Shown here piece by piece: positions 52,481 through 64,000 of a stretch of DNA of 64,000 nucleotides (within the stretch, counting starts at the first letter, position 1; the number at the start of each line of letters is the position of its first letter). Source of the stretch: Raja brachyura (taxonomy: Eukaryota); assembly GCA_963514005.1 (NCBI GenBank), contig OY740791.1, positions 51,770,001 through 51,834,000 of the forward strand. The letters are read 5' to 3'. Position numbers and translations under genes: made by a program. Below the pieces are notes generated by a model. The model was not told the DNA's origin, did not search any database, and saw nothing but the letters and a program-made list of their open reading frames with translations.

Positions 52481-53464
52481 TTGAGCTGGGATATTCCGGA
52501 GCGCTGTCCAGGGTGCTGATGTTATCTGACAGGCAGATGCTATCTGTGGTGCTGGTCTTCAGCTCCCCCTGGCCTGTTTGCTGGTAACAGGGATCAGAGG
52601 GGCACTTGGGGATAACCAGTTGTCACACCCTTTTATACTGATAATCAATTTGGCTTCTCCTTAATCTTCTCTACCAAAGCTTTCTCAAGACCTCTTGTTG
52701 CCCTCCTGACATCCTTCTTGTAAACATATATTCTTCCTACAATTCACTTGATCCCAGCTGCTTGCACCTGACCTGGCCTTGCCTCTTTATTTCTGACCAG
52801 AGACCCAATATGTCTTGTCATCCAGGGTTTCGTACTCATTCCTGCCTTGCTCTTCACTCTAACAGCAACCTGCAGACCTTGATCTATCACTAACTCACTT
52901 TTCGAAGCCTCTCACTTGCAAGGATTCACTTTACTTGATGACAACATTCTCCGATCAACTTTTGCGAAACCATCAACATTTTTAATCAAATCGAAGAATT
53001 TCCACTTCTTCCAAAGTGTTTCGCCAATGGGAACTCAATCATATGTTCTGCCCTTTTTCCCCAAAGTAGATCAATATTGCCCTCTCTCTCTCGTGGGGGC
53101 ACCTATTTCCTGGGGAAATCTTCCTGAAGACACTTGACATTAATCATTCTCTGTAAGCTCTCAGCAGTATAGCAGTCCCCGTCTTCATTAGGAAAGTATA
53201 AACTCTTCAAACACCCAGGATAACTGTTCCTTTAATTCCCTTTGACTATTTGAGGACCTACAGTAGAATCCCATCACTGTGATTAAACCCTTTTAATTTA
53301 TGAGCTCCACCCATAAACCTTAACTGGATAATCTTATAATGACTTCATTTCACACTGCTGTGATGTTCTCCTTAATCAACAAACAGACAAAGGACCATCG
53401 AACAGGTGTTTCCTCCCAATCCTCCACTGTGTGAGTGGCCAGTGTAGTCATGCCAGGGAAAATG

Positions 53465-54105
53465 TTTCTATAAGATCACCACTCATCCTTCTAAATTCGT
53501 GAATACAAGCGCAGTGGACCCATTCTTTCATCATAAGTCAGTCCCACCATCCTGGGAATTAATCGCGTGAACCTATGCTGCACTCCCTCAATAGCAATAA
53601 TATCCTCCCTCAAATTAGGAGACCAAATTGCAGTCTCACCAGGCCCCTATACAACTGCAATACGAGCTCCTTGCTCGGAAACTCAAATCCTCTCGCAATG
53701 AAGGCCAACATGCCATTAAGTTTCTTCACAGCCTGCTGTCCACGCATGCTTACTATCAGTAACTGATGTACAAGCACACACAGGTTTAGTTGCACCTCCC
53801 ATTTTCCTAATCTGACCCCATTCAGATAATATTCTGCCTTCCTGTTCTTGCCACCAAAGTGGATGACCCCACATTTATCCACATTACATTGCATCTGCCA
53901 TGTATCAGACCACTCACCCAACCAATCTAAGTCACCCTGCAGCCTCACAGCATTCCTCATCGCAACTCACACTGCCACCCAACTTTGTGTCATCCGCAAA
54001 TCTGGAGGTGTCACATTAAATTCCCTCGTCTAAATCGTTATTATATATTGTAAATATCTGGGGTCCCAGCACTGAGCCTTGCAGCACCCCACTAGTTAGT
54101 CACTG
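53465..54105 (-). mobile_element. CR1 RT fragment
   Basis: LQGDLD.LGEW...WQMQCNVDKC; QQAVKK.NGMLAFI. Confidence 0.88.
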
Positions 54106-55520
54106 CCCACCACACTAGTCACAAGAAGGTCCGGGTCCACACGGGGCCACAGTCATTCGTCATCAGTGAGGAGACACCGGATATCTTAGATTTATCCCAG
54201 CAGCTCACTCTGGCTTCAAGAGGAGGTGCTGGCAGTCTCAGTCTTCTTCCTAGACTGTGAAAAGGGGCAATAGGGTGTTAATAGGGTGTTTTCCTTCCTT
54301 TCTTCATGTCCTGCTTCCTCCCCCTCTCTCCGCTCTGGCTGGAACTGCCTGGGTTTATAAGGAGGAGGCTGACGAGCTCCAGATGAGTTGATCCAATTCT
54401 GGGTATTTGGACACAGCCGTGACTGATGTGACTGTGGCCACAGCTCAGTCCACAGTGCCGGGGTTTACCGGCAGCCAGACGCTGTTTGTGGTGCTGATCA
54501 CTGGCTTCTTCTGGCCTGGCTGCCGGTGACAGTGATCGGAGCGGCCTTGAGGGAGAACGTGTCGTCACATTTCCTCCCCCAAAGGGCCTGTCCCACCAGC
54601 ATGCAACTCTATGCGATGAGCGTGACCTAACGTGGTCGCTTGAGCCGTCCGGCGTCGCGGGGCCGGTCCCACTTCGATCGCCGGAGCCGTGCGGAATTGT
54701 GCGGAGTTCGTCCCGACATCGCGCGGGGTTCCGAAAAACTGACCATGTTCAAAAATTCCGCACGGCAACAGCTTGTTGGCTCGCAGTCGCCTCGACGCAT
54801 TACACACCACCTCGATGTCGTGCCTCCGTGACCCTCTCTGTAGGTGCCTCCATGACTCTCTCTGTGTGTGGCTCCATGGCCCTCTCTGTGTGTGCCTCTG
54901 TGCCCCTCTCTGTGTGCCCCTCTCTGTCCTGGCGAACTTACCTTTAAGACTTTGCTCCAAGTTCGCCTCACTTTGTGCCACGTTGCGCCACTCACCCGAC
55001 CTCCGCGCAGCCTTCGTTGCCGGTTTGGTCGCGCTTGCCGCATTCAGGTGCATGCTGTTGGCAACGGCCCTGTACAGGGATCACGCGGCCTCCGCTTCTA
55101 GTTTGATCGCGCTCATCGCATGGAGTCGGATGCTGGTAGGACAGGCCCTTTAGCGATGATCCCGAGATTTGTAACACACCCGACCAGAGAGCATGGAAGC
55201 GGGAGAGTCCATCCGCATTCGAATGCTGCGTTCCAGAACGATGTTGGACCTGAAACGAGTAGTCTTGTAGAGAGAGGAGCCAGCGTATTATTCTGGAGTC
55301 AGTGTCCATGACTTTTGCCGTCTATTGCAGGGAGCGCGGTCTTTGACGAGTAAGCACTCGCTCGGTCAGAGAGTAGCGTAACCCCTGTACGGCTCACTTG
55401 AAGACAAGCGCCTCTCTCTCTCCACAGCAGCATTCCTCGTCTCAGGCAAATGTAATTTCCAACTGAGGCTCCACCTTTGGCTCCTCTCCCCAATCCTGAG
55501 AGAGGACGGACCCCGGCCTG
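54106..55520 (-). mobile_element. Ty3/Gypsy LTR retrotransposon 3' end (RNase H, PPT, partial 3' LTR), Gmr1-like
   Basis: RIIRWLLSLQDYSFQVQHRSGTQHSNADGLSR at 55200-55309. PPT GGGGGAGGAAA (54570-54580) followed by TGTGAC, the LTR start, at 54569. Confidence 0.8.
54583..55149. mobile_element. PIF/Harbinger-type MITE inserted in the Gypsy element
   Basis: TIRs AGGGCCTGTCCCACCAGCAT..ATGCGATGAGCG and CGCTCATCGCAT..ATGCTGGTAGGACAGGCCCT; flanks CAA and TTA (imperfect TWA). Confidence 0.85.
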
Positions 55521-55524
55521 ATTA

Positions 55525-55770
55525 TAGTCTCTCCATCTCTCCCGCCCTCTCTCTCCTTCTCGCTCTCCCTCTCACTATGTCCCCCCCCCCACTCTCTATC
55601 TTTTTCGCCCACTCTCTCCACCTCTCTCGCCCTCTCTCACTATATCGCCCTCTCTCTCCATCTCCCTCGCCCTCTCTATCTCTCTCGCCCTCTCTCTCTA
55701 TCGTTCTCGCCCTCTCTCTCAATCTCTCTCACCCTCTCTCCCCCCCCCCCCCTTCCCCCCTATCTCCCTA
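55525..55770. repeat. CT-rich low-complexity tract
   Basis: Degenerate (CTCTCTCGCC)n with C runs. Confidence 0.9.
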
Positions 55771-56099
55771 ACTTGCTTCCACTCTCTCTTTCGCCACAGC
55801 TAATTCCAGGGCGCCTGTGTTTTCCAGCAGCCAGGCACTTATTGTGGTGCTGAAATGTACGCTCCATGTTACGGCAAAATGATGAAACTGTAATATTGGA
55901 GAATTGTTAGGTTTCTTCTTAGATTGAACGAAACAGACCTTGTAGAGCAAATCCATGATTCACGGTGACAACAGTGTGAGGAAATCACTTTATAACATTT
56001 AATGAATGAGTTTATGCCTTGGTCAGGATCGGATCAACCATAATTCACAACAACAAGGTTTAAGAATCTACTACCATTTCTGAACTTGACAGAAGACTG

Positions 56100-56445
56100 G
56101 GCCAACAAGTGCTGGAATCTGATAACTCATGATGGTGATAATGGGAACCATTAAGGGAGAGATAAAGGGCAGGTGGAACCGGATGGGGGGGGGGGGGGGG
56201 GATCCAGTGGTGAAGTGTGTGGGTGGAGAGGGAATGGAGCCGGGAGACAGAGGGAGAGGAGAATGGGGACTGGACAGGGGAGATGGGAGAGGAAACAAAA
56301 ATGGGAGTATTACAGGTGGATCCGATAGAGGGGGAGAGTGCAACACAGAAGGTGTATGTTTCCACAAATTAAAATATTTAATGTTCATACTATTGGTTGT
56401 AAGCTTTCCAAGGTGGAATATATGTGTTATTCTTCTGAACACCTG
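56100..56445 (-). mobile_element. Penelope-like element 3' terminal fragment
   Basis: The minus strand gives HIFHLGKL.TNSMNIKYFN, like the PLE C-terminus (LIFRLGSLQP.GMNI.F), followed by a pyrimidine-rich UTR. Confidence 0.55.
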
Positions 56446-57475
56446 GCTATACTAGGGTAGCGAGCAACCCAAAGGCACGAGTATTGAATTTTCTAATTTC
56501 AAGTTGTCTCAGACTGATGATCCAGTTCCCTGCATTCTCCCCTTCCTCAGCTCTTCCCGTCCCTTCCCACACTCTCCCTCAGCCAGATGATGCAGCTAAC
56601 TCCATGTTGGTTCCTTCAGTCCCTCCCGGCACTCAAATACTTTCTCTGAATTTCATTTCTGATTAAATTCTTCCCCGAGTGGATCCCCACAGCCTCCAGA
56701 GCTCCCAGCTCTTTACTGTAGCTCAGCTCTCTGTTTCCATCACTTTGCCATTTCGTCTTCAACACAGTGTCTCTGCTTTTCATCAGCCACTGACCCACTT
56801 CAGTTCCCTGTGGTGATGTAAACATGGCTCCTGCATCCATGATTCTGCCTCACTCATGGATTATCCCCTTCAAGAATAACATGATCCCACCCTTCCTTGA
56901 GAGGTAATTTGCACATCATCAGCTGCTATTTCAATGGCCCCTAACCTCTGTCTGTCAGTATCTCTGTGTGTCCTTTTGTAGTTTTGCCAAGAGCGGTGAG
57001 ACCTCTGCCACCCTACATTCAAAATAAAGGACAAGTGATCAAATTTTCTTGTATTGTGGTGACAATCCCTTAGTTGATATGGAAAGTTTACAATAACTGT
57101 ACAGTAATGTCTGGCACTATGATATCCTCCCTCTCTACACTTCTCATCAAAAGCTAAACCCCAGTACTCACAACCATCTCAGTGGAAAGTCCACTGACAC
57201 AATGATGGGCACTGGCAGGAGTAGCCCCAGTGAGAATGGAGGAAATTGTGCAACCAATCTCCACAGAGAATGTTCTCACAATGTGCTAATATTCAGATTA
57301 ATAACTGCTGATTTGTGGATAACACCATCTACAATCTACCATCTACCATCTCTACAATAACACCTTCACTTTCTACAATAACACCATCACACTGCTGAAC
57401 TCGGAGTCCCGCCGATAGATTTCTCCAGTCTCTTCGTCCACATTGTCTGTATTCTGTATTTATTTTTCTATATTG

Positions 57476-58504
57476 TAGCAATGTTACAAAATTTTGAGAT
57501 TTAAAAAATCAAGTCTGCAATTTATCCCATCAGATAAAGCATAAAAAGTTTAATTTGACACCTAATTTACTTTCATATCTTCAGTATTAAGAAAGGTATG
57601 GCCATTTTCACACTCGGAAATTAGCATCTTGCTCCCCATTGCCTTTCAATTGACTTAACTCAAAAGCTGTGATCTGGAAAAGTTAAAAGCCCATAACTTT
57701 CTTAAAAATTAAGAGAACTCAATGAAATTTTCAGTTATTATAGATTGAAGCATTCTGAAACAAATATTAAACAATCTTACTTGGATTACCTGAAATTAAA
57801 GCATATAATTAGTTAGTTATCTAATTGTAGCTAATTACAAAATTCAATGAGTAGATCTAAACATCTATCCATTTCTTAAGAAAAGATAAACTTTTTTTAA
57901 ATTGCCTAAGTGTCCAAATAACATTCACACAATAATCCACAATATAACATAATTTTTAAATCTCATTTTCATGAATTTCTGGGCCAAATGGAAGGAATTT
58001 AGTGTTTGATTCCTGTAAATTAATGGCCATTTAAATCAACTAGCGAGTGGGTTTTAGTGGAATGCGGTGGATTAGAACGTTGCGGTTAGCGGTGAAGTCG
58101 GTATGAAAAATACTGTTTGTTCATACATTTTTTGGGACCCCATTTCGCAACATGAAAATATTATTAAAGCCTCCCGAAAAACCAACTTTTAATATAAAAA
58201 TAAACTATTTACCTTTTTTTCTCCCCTACGGAAAATCCTTCCGGTTGTCGGCTCTCACGGCTTTTGAAGGTGATTTTTAAATTACTCTAGTTAACAAATA
58301 ATTTAGAGTAATTTAAAAATACCTTCATTGATGAAATATCGGAGCGATTTTTCTTCCGCAACAAAATCGCCCGACATTGATCGATTATCCCAGTCTGTCG
58401 AAAAACGGCACTTTAAGCCCGCCCCCCTCTGAAAGGCGCCAGTCGCGCACATGGGGAGCAGCAGAACTGCAGCGCCACTAAAAGTAAGTTTTGCAACATA
58501 CCTA
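57476..58504. mobile_element. About 1-kb TIR transposon copy 2, inverted relative to 36597-37610 and inserted in a Rex1-like 3' end with a (TTGAA)n tail at about 58582-58597
   Basis: Ends TAGCAATGTTACAAAA and TTTTGCAACATACCTA; perfect 7-bp TSD TATATTG (57469-57475 and 58505-58511). Confidence 0.88.
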
Positions 58505-59644
58505 TATATTGCTATCTCTACGAACTGACGCTAAACTGCATTTCGTTGTACCTATACTTGTATTTGTGCAATGACATTAAAGTTGAATTGAATTGAATAA
58601 ATAATGGTCAGGACTATGGCAACAATTCTCCTATTGAAGATGCAGGTGAGTTTAGTTTAGAGATACAGCATGGAAACAGGCCCTTCGGCACACCGAGACC
58701 ACACCAACCAGTGATCCCCGCACACTAACATACACACTCTAGAGACAATTTACATTTATACCAAGCCAATTATCCTACAAATCTGTACATTTGTGGAGTG
58801 TGGAAACCGAAGATCTCAGAGAAAACCCATGAGGTCAAGTGGAGAATGTACAAATTAGGTACAGACAGCACCCATGGTCAGGATTTAACCAGATTCTCTG
58901 GCACTGTAAGGCAGCAACTCTACCGCTGCATCACCGTGCCGCCCAGAGATTGCGGGCAACATACTAGTGGTTATATAATCTTATATATACAACCTCCAAC
59001 AGTTAAGTTCTCCCTCACTCCTACACCTGAGTTACCATTATTGGTAGTTATAATTCTGAAATACAAGCTGAAGGGACAGCAAATTTCCCTGCAAAGGTCA
59101 TTTTTGTTGTTGTATCATTCATCTTCATTATTTTCCCACAATATCTATGGAAGCTGAATACAGATGTTGAACCATTGTGAAGAAAACTGATTCTCACTGT
59201 TGGGTAATCAGGCAGGAAATGCAATGCATTTAAAAGCGTGATGTGATGATTATGTTAAGGAGGAAAGCTACATATTAGTTTGAAAGTAAAAAATGTAATT
59301 CCCAAAAATGCTACATTCTGCATTTCCAACTCTTCCTTTGCATTCTCTGCAGTTAATTCAATGTATTTGTGCATTTTTTGGCAAAGATGACAAGTGAATA
59401 ATTTTCACTTGAGGAGGAGATGGTCTTTGCAAAGCAAAATAGCCAACACTGATACTGAGACTGTTGACATGTTCACTGTGGGATAGAACCGACTCTGGCA
59501 ACGTACCAAACAAGCACAAAGCAAATGCACAATAAATCCCCAAATCTATTTCCAAAGTCTCCGTTCAGCTCAATATTTTTTCCAGAAACACAAATTTTCT
59601 TGGGCATGAGCTTGATGGGCTGCTTCATCTTCTGCGCTGGGTCA

Positions 59645-59752
59645 TTAATTCTGATCTCTCAGATCAGGGTTAGAATTCAGGGGCTGCAATGCAACAGCTT
59701 CTTTTGAATCATTTGTGGCATTTCCTGGAAATTCCTGTGAATTTCTGCTGCT
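59645..59752 (-). CDS. Probable terminal cytoplasmic exon of IgSF receptor gene C
   Basis: Acceptor tttgtttctcttgtttgatacag|. Phase 0 matches the TM exon donor and reads SSRNSQEFPGNATNDSKEAVALQPLNSNPDLRDQN*. Non-repetitive sequence. Confidence 0.6.
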   Translation of the reverse strand, partial: SSRNSQEFPGNATNDSKEAVALQPLNSNPDLRDQN

Positions 59753-59974
59753 CTGTATCAAACAAGAGAAACAAATATGATTTTAAATAAAGATAAACAA
59801 TAATAAACAATAGACTGGAAGTGATAGGTAAGAGGTTGCAGACCAAGTTGGAAACATTATCATGGTCATTTCATTCAACTAAAAACACACCAATATCATC
59901 GTAAGTATTGAATGTGCAATTTCTTTCAATTTGTGTTGATAAGGTGTTCTTTCAAATTTGATATCTTACAAAAT

Positions 59975-60650
59975 TATAAGGTTATATTGCAGAGAGGAAT
60001 AGACATGTGAATGAACAAAGTCTTTATCCGGGTTGGGGTATCAAGAATCAGAGGTCATGGGTTCAAAATGAGAGGTGAAAGATTTAATAGGAATCTGAGG
60101 GGCAATTTATTCTACCAGGTGATAGGTTTCTGGAATGAGCTGCCAGAGGAGATAGCTGAGGAAGATTCTGTAACAGCATTGAAAAAAACATTGGACAGGT
60201 AAATGGATAGGAAAAGTTTAAAGGTTCAAGTCCATATCTCTCTGAAAGTAACAACACAAGTAGATAAAATGGTAAAGAAGGCACAAAGTATGCTTGCCTT
60301 CATTGGTTGGGCCATTGAGTATAGGAGTTGGGAAGTCATGCTGCATGTTTAAAAAAACTGATTAGCCACATTAGGAGTTCTAGAAGCCCCATTAAAGGAA
60401 GGATGTGAAGGCTTTGGAGAAGACGTAGAAGAGGTTTACCAGGATGCTGCCTGGAATAGAGCAAATAACATACATTTAACCTTTATGAAGTTTATCGACA
60501 AGTTGTGGTAGAAATAGTTATGATAGTGGTGTTTATGAGGTTTTCAGATAGGCACATTAAAATGCAGGGAATGGAGAGATTTGGATCACGAGCAGTCAAA
60601 AGGAATACGTTTAATTTAACATCATGTGTTTCTGTGTTGCACTGTTCTAT
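59975..60650 (+). mobile_element. Decayed CR1 3' fragments, intronic
   Basis: SRIRGHGFK; FWNELPEE; GMLAFI-like segments. Confidence 0.7.
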
Positions 60651-60771
60651 GCCAAACACTAAAATACAGATTGTCACCACTCTCATATGTTCTGTGAACA
60701 TCCATTTTCTAAACGTCAGAGACACCTCGCCATTGGTTTCTGATATATTGAAAAGCTCATGAAATTCTCAC

Positions 60772-60875
60772 CCTGTTCATCCTCCACGAGCAGCAAATTA
60801 GTCCAAGAGCAACGGCCAGTTTAATCGACATGTAGCCCAGAACTGTGATGATCCCAATGTCTGGAGGTGCTCTCA
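60772..60875 (-). CDS. Transmembrane exon of gene C, with Lys in the TM helix
   Basis: tttatccttcacag| (phase 1) to |gtgaga (phase 0), 104 nt. Encodes (V)RAPPDIGIITVLGYMSIKLAVALGLICCSWRMNR. Confidence 0.78.
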
Positions 60876-61129
60876 CTGTGAAGGATAAAGTTGAGATTTT
60901 CAGTTTCATACTCCATCTTGTTTCATAATTCAATACTCCTCTCTGTGATGTGACATCACAAACATTCTGCATTAGACAGTGGGACACAGTGAGAAATATT
61001 GTGTCAAGGTTGAGAAATATTTGTGCCACTCTAGGGTACCTTTTATTTTTCGTCCGTAACATCTGAGTACTTCCCTTTGATATTTTCTGCTTCATTACAT
61101 TTGGAACATTGTGAATATTTTTTGGGTGA

Positions 61130-61755
61130 ATGGGATGTGTCAGAATGTACACCAGATTGGGAATGGGAGAGGGAGTTGAAGTGTTGAGCAACCTGGAGAT
61201 CAGGTAGGTTAAGACGGACTGAGCGGAGGTGTTCAGGGAAACAAATCGCCGAGCCTGCGCTTGGTCTCACAGATGTAAAGAAGTTGACAACTGGAGCAGA
61301 GGATAGAGTAGATTAGATTGGAGGAAGTGCAAGTGAACCTATGCCAACTGGAATTACTGTTTGGGTCTTTGGATAGATTCGCGGGGGGAGGTAAAGGGGG
61401 AGGTAAATGTGTTGCATCTCCAGCGGTTGCAGGGGAACATACCTGGGGAGGGGGTGGTTTGGGTGGATAGGGATGAGGTAACCAGCGAGTTGCGGAGTAA
61501 ACTGTTTCTGCGGAAAGCAGAGATGGGAAGATGTGGCCAGTAGTGGAATCCCATTGGAGGAGTATATGCTGAATGCTACGGCCAATGGGTTGGAAGGTGA
61601 GCAGAAGGGGGACTCTGCCCTTGTTACAAATGGGGGGAAAGGGAGCAAGACGGAAGCTGTGGGATATTGAGGAAACTCTAGTGAGAGCCTCATCTATGAT
61701 GGGGGAGAGGAACCCCCGTTTCATAAAGAATGAGGACATCTTCGATACCCTGGTA
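61130..61755 (-). mobile_element. Penelope-like element fragment (RT C-terminus and GIY-YIG endonuclease), intronic
   Basis: FTCTSSNLIYSILCSSCQLLYICETKRRLGD (GIY-YIG with CxxC); FF.KRGF; RVPLLLTF.P. Confidence 0.88.
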
Positions 61756-62586
61756 TATTACTCCTGTAGTAATTGAAGGCTGTTATTGCTCCTTGTGCAA
61801 TCTGCAGTTCGCATTTTGTTTGGAAATGTCTGTAATATAAATTAATTACTACAGTCAAGGTACAACTATGGTACCGGATGTGAGGTTAATCAGATGTGAA
61901 GCCTATTGAAAAAATGATCACTGAAATCATCAAACCTGGAATTGTGTGCAGTTGAAAAGTTCAGATTCACATGTAGAGATTCCACCCAAGAGAACAATAA
62001 ACATGAATCTAATCACCTTATCAAGTGAATGTGTACAAGTACCCTTTAAAAATAGTTAATTCTGCAATTATTTTTCATTGTAAAATTGACATGTAACATA
62101 CAGTATGCATGTAGTTTATTGTTAGGCACTGATTTCTCTTTAAAATTTCGACCATTTTTAAAGAGAATTGATGTGCATCTATGATACATGTGTGGTATTT
62201 ATTACACATTGTTGTAGCAGCCACTGCTGTCAGTTGAGTGTAGAAACTTCATTAAAGACTGTTGTTCAGCATCTCTATCTTTATTTCTTGCATAAGTGAC
62301 CAGCAATAGAAAAGAGACCATAGACACTATTCGAATGATGAGGGGGTGAACTCTGGTAAAAAGATAAATCTGTGGCGAGGATTTTCCATGGGGGGTCAAT
62401 GCTGAATCATTGGACGTGAGGTGATAATGCAAAAGAGAGAACAACTGAGCAGAACATGTTGTGATGTAATGTGTAGGAAAGAACTGCAGATGCTGGTTTA
62501 AATCAAAGATAGAAACAAAATATGGAGTAACTCAGTGGGACAGGCAGCAACTCTGGAGATGATGTAACACAGGCTGAGGAACTTAC

Positions 62587-62856
62587 CGTTCACCTTAAGA
62601 TAGATTGAATTGGTCAGCTTGAGGCTGTTTCGATGAAACAATCCACATGTCCATTTCCTTCTCACCGTCTGAGCTCTTGGAATAATCAACTGCAAAGACC
62701 ACACTTTCTCCCTTGAATCCTTTAAAAATTTGTCTCCCACAATTTTGTCATCACTGTTGATCCAAGTGAGTCTCATTGATTCAGCAACACCAGACACAGA
62801 GCAGGTCAGGGTAACTTTGTCTCCCTCAGTCACTGCATCAGATGGTTCAGATGTAA
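62587..62856 (-). CDS. Membrane-proximal C2-type Ig exon of gene C (WxC motif)
   Basis: gtttccacag| ... G|gtaagt, 270 nt, phase 1/1, open. VTSEPSDAVTEGDKVTLTCSVSGVAESMRLTW...SLQLII...RKWTCGLF...YLKVN. Confidence 0.92.
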
Positions 62857-63641
62857 CTGTGGAAACAAGAACATCATTGGGGATTTTGAACAGCAGCCAG
62901 AGTTTCTACTCTATTGATTTCTTCATCAATCCCCTGATATCCCTACCACTGACCTAAAGGACAATTCATATTGTTTAGAAACTCTGTGTTATTGTTTACT
63001 ACAGTGAACAGCAAAATACACAACTCAAATGTTGAGGGGTGATCTCCAGTAAAAAGATCAATCTGTGTAAAGGGGTTTCCATGGATGGTCAATGCTGAGT
63101 CCCAGAAGGTGAATGAAAACACTTAATAATGTAAATGGTTACATTTATATTGTGCAACTTGAGTTTCCACAATCAATGACACCATCTCAAAAACACTGCA
63201 CAATAAACAGCTGCTGCCCACAGCACTACCCAGGTCCACTGTGCTGGAGCCAAACCCTTCCCCACACTGACACATTCCAATGGCAGGATGCCACCCAGAG
63301 TTTCCTGTAAATGACACATGATCCTGAATATACCCTCATTGGATCTTCATTGGGGTTTATTTCTTTCTACGATGGACCCATTTCCAGCGGGTGAATCATC
63401 TTCACATTATTGCCCTTAAATATGAAAAGGAAAATGCTTTAATGCCATTTGCTGGCTGATTGTACCATTTCATGATTAATGTTGTGTTGAGTAAAATGCA
63501 AATAAATATCTGGAATTCTGGAGATGAATCAATTATTTAAAAGATGAGAATATTTGGAGTAATTTGCACAGAAATTCAACGCATTCAAAGTGGGACACTA
63601 TTCAAACGAATCATAAACACTGGCAGCATTCAGTCTTCTAC

Positions 63642-63980
63642 CTGTAACTGTGATTAGTTCAATGGTCACATATTTATTTGATCCCATGAAACATGTGTAA
63701 ACTCCAGCATCTGCAAATCGCACGGGGACAATCCTCACATGGAAATCCTTGCCATTGACATTTCGCTCTATGTTTTCCAGTCGATTACCAAAGTAGCTCC
63801 TGTTGACATGTATCTGCTCAGACCTGTGAGAAGAAGCTATTTCTTTCTCTTGATTCTGGAAAAGTTGTGAACTCCAAGTCCATTTGGTTTCACTGAGCTC
63901 AGGAGAAGCTTCACAGATCAAGTTGAGTTCACTGTAATCTGTGACTGAACGATAAACTGTGTACGTCTTGTTATGTAAAT
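63642..63980 (-). CDS. V-type Ig exon of gene C; upstream exons lie outside the window
   Basis: ctctcttgcag| ... G|gtaga, 339 nt, phase 1/1, open. LNLICEAS..KWTW...GNRL...DFHVRIVPVRFADAGVYTC...IELITVT has the canonical C, W and DxGxYxC. Confidence 0.93.
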
Positions 63981-64000
63981 CTGCAAGAGAGGGACAGGAA

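Noticed and set aside
51109-52627. Possible solo LTR split by the CR1 at 51563-52480 (TGTCACA at both ends), or further exons of paralog B
   Set aside because: No TSD and no convincing inverted termini; no Ig or TM motifs with compatible splice sites.
59358-59555. Hydrophobic ORF as an alternative TM exon
   Set aside because: No good acceptor, and it lies downstream of the predicted stop at 59645, so it is probably 3'UTR.
59645-63980. Naming gene C as CD4, LAG3 or a T-cell receptor chain
   Set aside because: No CxC/CxH or FxxL/EP tail motifs. The V exon has a splice donor rather than an RSS, there is no J segment, and the constant-like domain is C2 rather than C1.

Overview
Eukaryotic, transposon-dense vertebrate DNA. 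The repeat repertoire (CR1 with (CATAGAAA)n tails, Rex1/Babar, L1, L2, Penelope, DIRS, tRNA-type SINEs) points to a cartilaginous fish, probably a skate or ray; this is an inference. Most ORFs in the supplied track are TE fragments or noise. Between the repeats lie spliced exons of an immunoglobulin-superfamily receptor cluster. (A) A minus-strand leader exon at 6830-6929. (B) A divergently oriented plus-strand paralog, now a pseudogene: leader 42563-42662, disrupted first Ig exon from 43249, and a C2 exon at 45461-45730 with a stop codon. (C) The intact 3' part of a minus-strand gene: V exon 63642-63980, C2 exon with a WxC motif 62587-62856, transmembrane exon with a lysine 60772-60875, and a short tyrosine-free tail 59645-59752. 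Gene C looks like an adaptor-dependent activating receptor with a CD4/LAG-3-like V-C2 module, but it lacks the CD4 and LAG-3 tail motifs. A near-identical 9.39-kb tandem duplication (6900-16291 / 16292-25686) breaks inside the leader exon of gene A. Each copy carries an internally deleted DIRS tyrosine-recombinase retrotransposon with intact ITR/ICR termini. An older DIRS relic (31869-37774) hosts nested CR1, Helitron and MITE insertions. Coordinates were read by eye, and boundaries of decayed TEs are approximate.
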